A stretch of 51,478 bases of DNA from the NCBI GenBank assembly GCA_017623255.1, contig JAGAPL010000032.1, forward strand, positions 1 to 51,478, given 5' to 3'. The position numbers and the translations under genes were made by a program. The notes under the pieces are model-generated. The model did not search any database. It saw only the letters and a program-made list of their open reading frames with translations, and was not told where the DNA came from. The stretch is from Clostridia bacterium (lineage in GTDB: Bacteria; Bacillota; Clostridia; Oscillospirales; CAG-272). Below, piece by piece: positions 36,931 through 44,409 of the stretch (positions within the stretch are counted from its first letter, which is position 1; every line of letters begins with the position of its first letter).

Positions 36931-38346
36931 ATGAAATTATATAATTCACTCAGTCACGAAAAAGAGGAGTTTGTCCCCCATGAGCCCGGCAAGGTGTCAA
37001 TGTACACCTGCGGCCCCACAGTTTATCACTTTGCTCATATAGGCAATCTCCGTTCTTATATTATGGAAGACGTGCTTGAAAAATATCTGCGCTATGTTGG
37101 CTACGATGTTAAGCGCGTTATGAACATCACCGACGTGGGACATCTCACAAGCGATGCCGACGAGGGCGAAGATAAAATGCTCAAGGGCGCAAAGAGAGAA
37201 AATAAAACAGTTCTTGAAATTGCAAAGTTCTATACAGACGCTTTCTTTGAAGATTGCCGCAAGCTGAATATCAAGCGTCCCGACGTTGTTGAGCCTGCAA
37301 CAAAGTGCATAGGAGAGTTCATCAAGGTTATTAAAGGCCTTCTTGAAAAAGGCTATGCTTATGAAGCAGGCGGAAATATCTATTTCGACACCTCCAAGCT
37401 TGATAACTACTATGCTTTCCATAACTTTGAAGAGGAAGACCTTCAGGACGGCGTTCGCGAAGGCGTTGAAAAGGACGAAAATAAGAAGAACAAGGCAGAC
37501 TTTGTTCTTTGGTTCACAAAGAGTAAATTTGACGATCAGGAGCTTAAGTGGAACAGCCCCTGGGGCGTTGGTTATCCCGGCTGGCATATTGAATGCTCCT
37601 GCATTTCAATGAAGCACCTTGGCGAGTATCTGGATATCCATTGCGGCGGTATTGATAACGCATTCCCCCACCACACAAACGAGATCGCTCAGAGCGAAGC
37701 GTACGTTGGTCATAAGTGGTGTAATTATTGGTTCCATGTGCTCCATCTTAATACAAACAGCGGCAAGATGAGTAAGTCCAAGGGTGAGTTCCTCACAGTT
37801 TCTCTCCTTGAGTCTAAGGGCTACGATCCTATTGTGTACCGTTTCTTCTGCCTCCAGTCCCACTACAGAAAGAGCCTTGTTTTCACATATGAAAACCTTG
37901 ACAACGCAAAGATCGCTTATGATAAGCTGATTGCAAGAATTGCCCAGCTCAATCCGGGAGAAGCGGATGAAGCCAAGGTGGAAGAGCTTTGCCGCGGCTT
38001 TGGCGAGGCTATGGATAACGATATGAACACATCCCTTGCTGTAACAGCTATTTATGATATCCTCAAGGCAGATGCTGCTGATGCAGATAAGCTTGCTGCA
38101 CTTGATAAGATCGACTACGTTATGGGCCTCAACCTTCTCAGCGCTGCTGCAAAGGTGAGAGAAGCTAACGCTATGTCAAATGTTGATCCCGAGCTGCTTG
38201 CTAAGATCGAAGCGCTCATCGCAGAACGCCTTGAAGCAAAGAAGTCTAAGAACTATGCAAGAGCAGACGAGATCAGAGGCGAGCTCACAGCTATGGGTGT
38301 TGCGATAAAGGACACTAAGGACGGCACGGAGTTTAAGCTGGTATAA
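36931..38346 (+). CDS. cysS: Cysteinyl-tRNA synthetase
   Basis: 471 aa. HIGH-type motif HFAHIGNLRS and KMSKS motif. Confidence 0.96.
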   Translation: MKLYNSLSHEKEEFVPHEPGKVSMYTCGPTVYHFAHIGNLRSYIMEDVLEKYLRYVGYDVKRVMNITDVGHLTSDADEGEDKMLKGAKRENKTVLEIAKFYTDAFFEDCRKLNIKRPDVVEPATKCIGEFIKVIKGLLEKGYAYEAGGNIYFDTSKLDNYYAFHNFEEEDLQDGVREGVEKDENKKNKADFVLWFTKSKFDDQELKWNSPWGVGYPGWHIECSCISMKHLGEYLDIHCGGIDNAFPHHTNEIAQSEAYVGHKWCNYWFHVLHLNTNSGKMSKSKGEFLTVSLLESKGYDPIVYRFFCLQSHYRKSLVFTYENLDNAKIAYDKLIARIAQLNPGEADEAKVEELCRGFGEAMDNDMNTSLAVTAIYDILKADAADADKLAALDKIDYVMGLNLLSAAAKVREANAMSNVDPELLAKIEALIAERLEAKKSKNYARADEIRGELTAMGVAIKDTKDGTEFKLV

Positions 38347-38675
38347 TGGATCAGAGAAGATTTACCAAAAACGACAGCGGCTTTGTTTGCGGACATTGCG
38401 GAAAAGAGGTTGAACCCCTTGGATATACCTCAAGAAATCATTGCCCCTTTTGCCTGTGGTCACGCCATCTTGATGAAAATCCGGGCGACCGCGCAAGCGA
38501 GTGTATGGCTTTGATGGAACCCGTTTCAGCTGTTCCAGATGCGAAAAAAGGATATATAATCATCCATAAATGCACAAAATGCGGGGCGATCCGCAGAAAT
38601 AAAGCTGCACACGAAGCTAAAGTCCAGCCCGATAATTTGTCAAAGATCATTAAGCTCACAGCTAAAACATTGTGA
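38346..38675 (+). CDS. RNHCP-domain protein (uncharacterised Cys-rich)
   Basis: 109 aa. Contains the literal SRNHCPFCLWSRH plus CGHCG and CTKCG. The start ATG overlaps the cysS TAA (TAATG). Confidence 0.75.
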   Translation: MDQRRFTKNDSGFVCGHCGKEVEPLGYTSRNHCPFCLWSRHLDENPGDRASECMALMEPVSAVPDAKKGYIIIHKCTKCGAIRRNKAAHEAKVQPDNLSKIIKLTAKTL

Positions 38676-38678
38676 TAA

Positions 38679-38707
38679 AAGAGGAGGGGAACCTCCTCTT
38701 GTCTTTT
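38679..38707 (+). terminator. Intrinsic terminator after the cys operon
   Basis: AAGAGGAGG-GGAA-CCTCCTCTT followed by GTCTTTT. Confidence 0.75.
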
Positions 38708-38709
38708 AT

Positions 38710-38763
38710 GTCAGGGCGCTGCCCTGACAACCTGCGACCTTTTTAAAAAAGGTCGATAAAACA
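38710..38763. repeat. Partial copy of hairpin-array family R3 (two hairpins)
   Basis: GTCAGGGC-GCT-GCCCTGAC (38710-38728) and CGACCTTTT-TAAA-AAAAGGTCG (38735-38755), followed by ATAAAACA. It is collinear with 130-183. Confidence 0.7.
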
Positions 38764-38779
38764 CAAAAGGAAAGAAAAT

Positions 38780-38989
38780 ATGGAAATCAAAATAGGAACC
38801 TACCGTCATTTTAAGGGCGGAATGTATAAGGTTGTTGCAATTGCGCTCCACAGCGAAAATCTTGAGGAGATGGTCGTATATCAAAACATCGAAAACGGTA
38901 AGTGTTGGGTGCGCCCCGCTTCAATGTGGGACGAAAAAGTGGAATATGAGGGCAAAACTGTCAGCAGATTTACTTTCATTGAAGAATAA
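38780..38989 (+). CDS. DUF1653-family small protein
   Basis: 69 aa. YRHFKGGMYKVV...HSENLEEMVVYQ matches the DUF1653 pattern as recalled. Confidence 0.7.
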   Translation: MEIKIGTYRHFKGGMYKVVAIALHSENLEEMVVYQNIENGKCWVRPASMWDEKVEYEGKTVSRFTFIEE

Positions 38990-39052
38990 GCTTTGCTACA
39001 ATACCTTTTTTGTAAAAAATTGTAATATGTTAATAATTATTATTAAAAACGG

Positions 39053-39081
39053 TTGAAATTTATAAAAAAATTTAGTAGAAT
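39053..39081 (+). promoter_or_regulatory. Sigma-A-type promoter for the esterase/ATP-grasp operon
   Basis: TTGAAA (39053-39058), 17-nt spacer, TAGAAT (39076-39081). This leaves a leader of about 130 nt. Confidence 0.5.
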
Positions 39082-39214
39082 AAAGTATCTTTTACAATTA
39101 AGTTTGTGTCAGGCTATCCCTTGCGGCAATCACTGCATATATTTTCTGTAATTTATGCATAGTTTATGATCCTTGCAGGGTATTATATACTGATTATGTT
39201 TAAAGGAAAATGCT

Positions 39215-39961
39215 ATGATAGATAAATTTGAAGTGACCTTGCCCCATCTCACAGGAGATGAACCCCGTTTTGCTTACGTATACTGTCCCGATAAACAAGG
39301 CAAATATCCCGTTCTTTATATGTTTGACGGACACAATGTGTTCTTTGACGAGGACGCAACCTACGGAAAAAGCTGGGGTATGCTTAAGTATCTTGAAGAA
39401 AATCAGGTTCCGCTTATCGTTGCAGCGGTTGAGTGTAATCATTCTCCTGACAACGGTCGTTTATCTGAATATTCTCCTTTCACTTTTTCAAGACCATCTG
39501 TTGGTCGCGTGGAAGGCAGGGGAGAGCTGACGATGCGATGGTTTGTGCGAGTTTTCAAGCCTTTCGTTGATGCAAACTATCCAACTATTAAAAACAGAAA
39601 CAACACCTTCATTGCAGGCAGCTCAATGGGCGGCCTTATGAGCCTTTATGCAGTGCTCAAATATAACCGTGTTTTCTCAAAGGCGGCTTGCCTCTCTCCT
39701 TCGGTTTGGGTTGCGCCCCGTGAGATAGACCGACTGATCACCGAAACTGAAATAAAGCCGGGAACGGTTATTTATATGGACTATGGATCAAGAGAGCTTG
39801 GCAATCACAAAAATATGGCAGCGCGACTTCGCAAGGTTGTAAATATGCTGCTGGAAAAGGGAGTTTTCCTCACTTATCGCATTGTTCCAAAGGGAGAGCA
39901 TTGCGAAGCAAGCTGGGAAAAACAGCTTCCTTTTGTTATAAACACGCTTTTGTATAAGTAA
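39215..39961 (+). CDS. PF00756-type 'putative esterase' (alpha/beta hydrolase) 1
   Basis: 248 aa. Motif VLYMFDGHN and nucleophile elbow GSSMGGLMS. Confidence 0.7.
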   Translation: MIDKFEVTLPHLTGDEPRFAYVYCPDKQGKYPVLYMFDGHNVFFDEDATYGKSWGMLKYLEENQVPLIVAAVECNHSPDNGRLSEYSPFTFSRPSVGRVEGRGELTMRWFVRVFKPFVDANYPTIKNRNNTFIAGSSMGGLMSLYAVLKYNRVFSKAACLSPSVWVAPREIDRLITETEIKPGTVIYMDYGSRELGNHKNMAARLRKVVNMLLEKGVFLTYRIVPKGEHCEASWEKQLPFVINTLLYK

Positions 39962-39975
39962 TTCAGGAGAAGAAA

Positions 39976-40710
39976 ATGGAAACACAATATATAAAAACTT
40001 ATTCTCACGCACTTCAGCGTGATATGGAATGTAAATTTTATGGGCACGGCGGCAAGCCGGTTCTCTTTATTCCTTGCCAGGACGGTCGTTTCTTCGATTT
40101 CGAAAACTTCAAAATGACTGATTATTGGGGACCCTATATCGATGCAGGTCTTGTAACGGTTCTTTCTATTGACACAATCGATAAGGAAACTTATTCTGAT
40201 AACTACACTCCCGCTTATGACCGCATCCGCCGTCACGAAGCGTGGGTTAGCTATATTATAAACGAAGCAATTCCTATGCTCAGAGAGCGTACAGGCAGAT
40301 GGGATGTTGTAACCTTCGGTTGCAGCCTTGGCGCAACACACGCGCTGAACCTCTTCCTTCGTTTCCCCGACACAGTTCGCGGAACACTTGCTCTCAGCGG
40401 TATTTTTGATTCCAATTATGGCTTTGGCAGCTATATGGACGAGCTTGTATATGCAAACTCTCCCGTTCACTATATGAGCAATATGGTTGCCGATCATCCC
40501 TACATAGAGAAGTACAACAGCGGAAAGGGTATAGTCTGCGTTGGAACAGGCGCTTGGGAAATTCCCGATTCAACTCTGCGCCTTCGCGACATATTCAATT
40601 CCAAGGGCATCAACATCTGGGTAGATGTTTGGGGCAATGACGTTGCTCATGATTGGGATTGGTGGTATAAACAGGTTGAATACTTTATCCCTAAACTTCT
40701 GGAGGACTAA
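39976..40710 (+). CDS. PF00756-like 'putative esterase' (alpha/beta hydrolase) 2
   Basis: 244 aa. Nucleophile elbow FGCSLGATHA. Starts 14 nt after esterase 1. Confidence 0.65.
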   Translation: METQYIKTYSHALQRDMECKFYGHGGKPVLFIPCQDGRFFDFENFKMTDYWGPYIDAGLVTVLSIDTIDKETYSDNYTPAYDRIRRHEAWVSYIINEAIPMLRERTGRWDVVTFGCSLGATHALNLFLRFPDTVRGTLALSGIFDSNYGFGSYMDELVYANSPVHYMSNMVADHPYIEKYNSGKGIVCVGTGAWEIPDSTLRLRDIFNSKGINIWVDVWGNDVAHDWDWWYKQVEYFIPKLLED

Positions 40711-40714
40711 ATTT

Positions 40715-41908
40715 ATGAAGAATATTATTTTTATTTCACCAAACTTTCCTACAAACTACTGGCAGTTCTGCAAGGAACTGAAGAACAACGGTATGAACGT
40801 TCTCGGTATCGGCGAAGCTCCCTACGACGAGCTCAAGCCTGAGCTCAGAGATAGCCTTAACGAATACTATAAGGTTGGCAGCCTCGAAAACTACGACGAG
40901 GTTTATCGCGCTGTTGCTTTCTTCACATTCAAGTACGGCAGAATAGACTGGCTTGAGTCCAATAACGAGTATTGGCTTGAAAAGGACGCTCAGCTCCGCA
41001 CAGATTTCAATATCACAAGCGGTTTCCAGGTTTCTGATATGGAGCGCATCAAGCACAAGTCCAAGATGAAGGCTTATTATGAGGCTGCAGGCATCCCCGT
41101 TGCCCGCTACTATATGGTTGAAACACTTGAAGGCTGCAGAGAGTTTCTTGCAAAGGTTGGCTATCCAGTTGTTGTTAAGCCCGATAACGGCGTTGGTGCA
41201 GCTGCTACATATAAGCTCTCCAATGACGAGGAACTTGTAAACTTCTTTGAAAGCTATCCCAAGGATGTTCCCTACATCATGGAAGAGTTCGTTCATGCTG
41301 AAGTAAACTCCTACGATGCTATTATCGACGGAGAGGGCAACCCCATTTTCGAAACAGGTAACGTAACTCCCGATTCCATTATGGATATCGTTAATAACCA
41401 GGATAACAGCTGCTATTATATCCTCAAGAATCTCCCTGAGGACACAAGAAAAGCAGGCCGCGCAACAGTTAAGAGCTTTGGCGTTAAGAGCCGCTTTGTT
41501 CACTTTGAGTTCTTCCGTCTCACACAGGATCAGGAAGGCCTCGGCAAGAAGGGCGACGTTATTGCACTTGAAGTTAATATGCGTCCCTGCGGCGGTTTCA
41601 CTCCCGATATGATCAACTTTGCAAACTCCACAAACGTTTATAAGATCTGGGCAGATATGATCGCTTACGGCTCCACATTGATGCCCCAGGGAGAGCACTT
41701 CTACTGCGCGTATGCAGGCCGTCGCGATGGCAAGAACTTTGTTCTCGATCACGATGCACTTATGGCAAAGTACGGCGCAAATATGAAGATGGTTGAAAGA
41801 ATTCCCGATGCCCTTGCAGGCGCAATGGGCAACCAGATGTACGTTGCAAACTTCTCCACAAAGGAAGAAATGGATCAGTTCTATAAGGACGCCGTTGATT
41901 GCTATTGA
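40715..41908 (+). CDS. ATP-grasp domain protein (carboxylate-amine ligase-like), function unknown
   Basis: The ORF was trimmed to ATG 40715; the GGAGGA RBS lies inside the end of the previous gene. It has an ATP-grasp core (GYPVVVKPDNGVGA; EEFV; LEVNMRPCGG). Confidence 0.75.
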   Translation: MKNIIFISPNFPTNYWQFCKELKNNGMNVLGIGEAPYDELKPELRDSLNEYYKVGSLENYDEVYRAVAFFTFKYGRIDWLESNNEYWLEKDAQLRTDFNITSGFQVSDMERIKHKSKMKAYYEAAGIPVARYYMVETLEGCREFLAKVGYPVVVKPDNGVGAAATYKLSNDEELVNFFESYPKDVPYIMEEFVHAEVNSYDAIIDGEGNPIFETGNVTPDSIMDIVNNQDNSCYYILKNLPEDTRKAGRATVKSFGVKSRFVHFEFFRLTQDQEGLGKKGDVIALEVNMRPCGGFTPDMINFANSTNVYKIWADMIAYGSTLMPQGEHFYCAYAGRRDGKNFVLDHDALMAKYGANMKMVERIPDALAGAMGNQMYVANFSTKEEMDQFYKDAVDCY

Positions 41909-41917
41909 TTTCATAAG

Positions 41918-41947
41918 AAAAGCCGATGTTAAAGCATCGGCTTTTTT
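41918..41947 (+). terminator. Intrinsic terminator after the ATP-grasp gene
   Basis: AGCCGATG-TTAAAG-CATCGGCT followed by TTTTT. Confidence 0.8.
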
Positions 41948-41970
41948 GTATGACATAATTTGATGATGGC

Positions 41971-42042
41971 AGGGACCGACATACTCTGTTAAGAGCAAGA
42001 TTGTGTTTTATAACGGACCGCCGAGGACGTCGGTCCCTACGG
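41971..42042. repeat. GC-rich hairpin repeat family R2, inverted-orientation copy
   Basis: GGACCGCCGAGGACGTCGGTCCCTACGG (42015-42042) is the reverse complement of the cores at 51198-51225 and 51353-51380. A half-site, AGGGACCGAC, lies at 41971-41980. Confidence 0.75.
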
Positions 42043-42091
42043 AGTTATATGATAGATCATATCATTACATTAAATATTTTTAAGAAAACTA

Positions 42092-42120
42092 TTGATTTTT
42101 TATAAAAGGCGTGGTATACT
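42092..42120 (+). promoter_or_regulatory. Sigma-A-type promoter for the rimP-nusA-infB operon
   Basis: TTGATT (42092-42097), 17-nt spacer, TATACT (42115-42120). Confidence 0.6.
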
Positions 42121-42149
42121 GCATTATAGAAAGAATATTAAGATTAAAG

Positions 42150-42181
42150 GAGTGGGTTTGAGAGAACCCACTCTTTGTTTT
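42150..42181 (+). promoter_or_regulatory. Terminator-like hairpin in the rimP leader (candidate NusA autoregulatory attenuator)
   Basis: GAGTGGGTT-TGAGAG-AACCCACTC followed by TTTGTTTT. It lies between the predicted promoter and the rimP ATG. Confidence 0.5.
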
Positions 42182-42213
42182 AAAATTGTTTTAATTTAAA
42201 AAAAGAGGTAACG

Positions 42214-42681
42214 ATGGAAAAACAGAAGAAAAACATTGCAGGCACAGTCCGCGATCTTCTTGAGCCTATTGCTGATGAACTCGGCTATATGCTCTGGGAT
42301 GTTGAATATGTGAAAGAGGGCGCTGAAATGGTGCTCCGTATCACAATCGACAAGGACGAGGGCATTGATATTGACGACTGTGAAAAAATGCACAGAACTA
42401 TCGACCCCGTTCTTGATGAGGCAGATCCCATTGAGGTTGCTTACAGACTTGAGGTTTCATCCCCCGGAGTTGAAAGAACTATCAGCCGCCCCGAGCATTA
42501 TGACTACTGCATGGGCGAAAAGGTTGAAGCAAAGCTTTATGCTCCCGTAAACGGTCAGAAAAAGCTCACAGGTTTTCTCTCGGCAGCTGACGAAAAAACC
42601 TTCACTCTTCTGGTTGAAGGCGAAGAGGTAACTCTTGAAAAGTCGGCTTGCGCTAAGCTTTCCACAGTTTTCGATTGGTAA
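42214..42681 (+). CDS. rimP: Ribosome maturation factor RimP
   Basis: 155 aa. Sits immediately upstream of nusA. Contains the conserved L.VSSPG..R-type motif (LEVSSPGVERTI). Confidence 0.9.
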   Translation: MEKQKKNIAGTVRDLLEPIADELGYMLWDVEYVKEGAEMVLRITIDKDEGIDIDDCEKMHRTIDPVLDEADPIEVAYRLEVSSPGVERTISRPEHYDYCMGEKVEAKLYAPVNGQKKLTGFLSAADEKTFTLLVEGEEVTLEKSACAKLSTVFDW

Positions 42682-42720
42682 TATATATAATATAATCTGC
42701 ATAGAAAGGTAAATAGAAAA

Positions 42721-43746
42721 ATGAATCAGGAATTTTTCAACGCCCTTGATCTTCTTGAAAAGACAAAGGGTATTCCGAAGGCATACATGATAGAAAAAGT
42801 TGAAGCAGCTCTTATAAGCGCTTTCAAAAAAGAATACGGCACAGCTAATGTTCGTGTTGTTATCAACCCCGAAAAGAAGGACGTTAAGGTTTACGAATGT
42901 AAGGAAGTTGTTGAGGTTGTAGAAGATCCCGCAACTCAGATCTCCCTTGAGGATGCAAAGGCTATCAGCCGCCGCCACGTTCTCGGTTCTGTGGTTGAAA
43001 AGGAAGTTAAAACTAAGATGTTCGGCCGTCTCAGCGCGCAGACAGCAAAGCAGGTTATCATTCAGGGCATCCGCGAAGCAGAGCGCTCCAGCATGATCCG
43101 CGAATATGAAAAGAAGCGTGAAGAGGTTATCACAGCCGTTGTTACAAAGACAGCTGACTCCGATGGCGCAGTTGTTATTGACACAGGCACAAGCGAAGCT
43201 GTTCTTCCTGAGTCTGAGCAGATCCCCGGCGAAACATTTATGGTTGGCGACAGAATCAAGGTGTTCGTAACAGAAGTAAAGAGAGAAAGCATGGCAGGTC
43301 CTATCGTAACTCTTTCCAGAACACATCCCAACTTTGTTAAGCGCCTTTTCGAAATGGAAATTCCCGAAATTCAGGATGGCACAGTTATCATCCATAACAT
43401 CTCCCGTGAAGCGGGCAGCCGTTCCAAGCTGGCAGTTTATTCAAGAGATGAAAACGTTGAAGCTATCGGCGCTTGTATCGGTGAAAGAGGCCGCCGTATT
43501 GCTGAGATCGTAGACGAGCTCAGAGGCGAGAAGATCGACATCATCGAATATTCCGAAGATCCTGCAGAGTTCATTGCAGCAGCTCTTTCTCCTGCTGAAG
43601 TAACAAGTGTTGATATCATCGGTGAAAGAAGCGCATCCGTTGTGGTTCCTGCAGATCAGCTTTCCCTTGCAATCGGTAAGGAAGGACAGAATGCCCGCCT
43701 TGCTGCAAGACTCACAGGCTTTAAGATTGATATCAAGGGTAACTGA
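42721..43746 (+). CDS. nusA: Transcription termination/antitermination factor NusA
   Basis: 341 aa. S1 domain plus two KH domains (GACIGERGRRI, AIGKEGQNARLAARLTG). Confidence 0.96.
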   Translation: MNQEFFNALDLLEKTKGIPKAYMIEKVEAALISAFKKEYGTANVRVVINPEKKDVKVYECKEVVEVVEDPATQISLEDAKAISRRHVLGSVVEKEVKTKMFGRLSAQTAKQVIIQGIREAERSSMIREYEKKREEVITAVVTKTADSDGAVVIDTGTSEAVLPESEQIPGETFMVGDRIKVFVTEVKRESMAGPIVTLSRTHPNFVKRLFEMEIPEIQDGTVIIHNISREAGSRSKLAVYSRDENVEAIGACIGERGRRIAEIVDELRGEKIDIIEYSEDPAEFIAAALSPAEVTSVDIIGERSASVVVPADQLSLAIGKEGQNARLAARLTGFKIDIKGN

Positions 43747-43748
43747 CA

Positions 43749-44048
43749 GTGAGCGCAACTAAACCCCAGAAGGTTAAAAAGATCCCACAAAGAAAATGCA
43801 CGGGCTGCGGAGAGTCCTTTCCCAAAAAGGATCTGATCCGTGTTGTGAGAAGCCCTGAAGGCGAGGTTTCGCTGGATTTCACAGGAAAGAAAAGCGGACG
43901 CGGCGCGTATGTTTGCAAAAATTCTCAGTGCTTCAAAAAAGCCAGAAAGGCAAACCGCTTCAGAACGAATCTGGAATGTGAAATTCCCGAAGAGGTGCTT
44001 AATTGCCTTGAAGAAGAGATCACTGCGTGGGAGGCTGAGAACAAATGA
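43749..44048 (+). CDS. ylxR: YlxR/RnpM-family (DUF448) RNA-binding protein
   Basis: 99 aa, GTG start. Motifs QRKCTGCGE and GRGAYVC. Confidence 0.88.
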   Translation: MSATKPQKVKKIPQRKCTGCGESFPKKDLIRVVRSPEGEVSLDFTGKKSGRGAYVCKNSQCFKKARKANRFRTNLECEIPEEVLNCLEEEITAWEAENK

Positions 44049-44362
44049 AGGCTCAGCTCAGTAAATATTTAGGACTTTGCGCGGCATCCCGCTCAGCCGT
44101 TTGCGGCAGCGAGCTTGCCATTGGCGCAGTAAGAAAAAATCCCGCAAAGGTCAACCTGATGCTTCTTGCAAGCGATGCCTCTGCAAGAACAGAAAAGCAG
44201 GTAACCGATAAATGCGCTTTTTATAAAGTTAAGCTTATAAAGCTTGATCTCACAATGACAGAGCTTTCCGATGCACTCGGAAAAAGTTCACTTTGTGCCG
44301 CCTGCGCCATAACAAATAAAGGCCTGGCGGAAAAAATCGAAGAACTAACACTTCAGCTATAA
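44045..44362 (+). CDS. ylxQ: L7Ae-family protein YlxQ
   Basis: 105 aa. ATGA overlap with ylxR. Lies in the canonical position between ylxR and infB. Confidence 0.8.
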   Translation: MKAQLSKYLGLCAASRSAVCGSELAIGAVRKNPAKVNLMLLASDASARTEKQVTDKCAFYKVKLIKLDLTMTELSDALGKSSLCAACAITNKGLAEKIEELTLQL

Positions 44363-44409
44363 GTTGACGAAAGGATCCCCTATTATAGAGGGGAACAGGT
44401 GATAACAAT

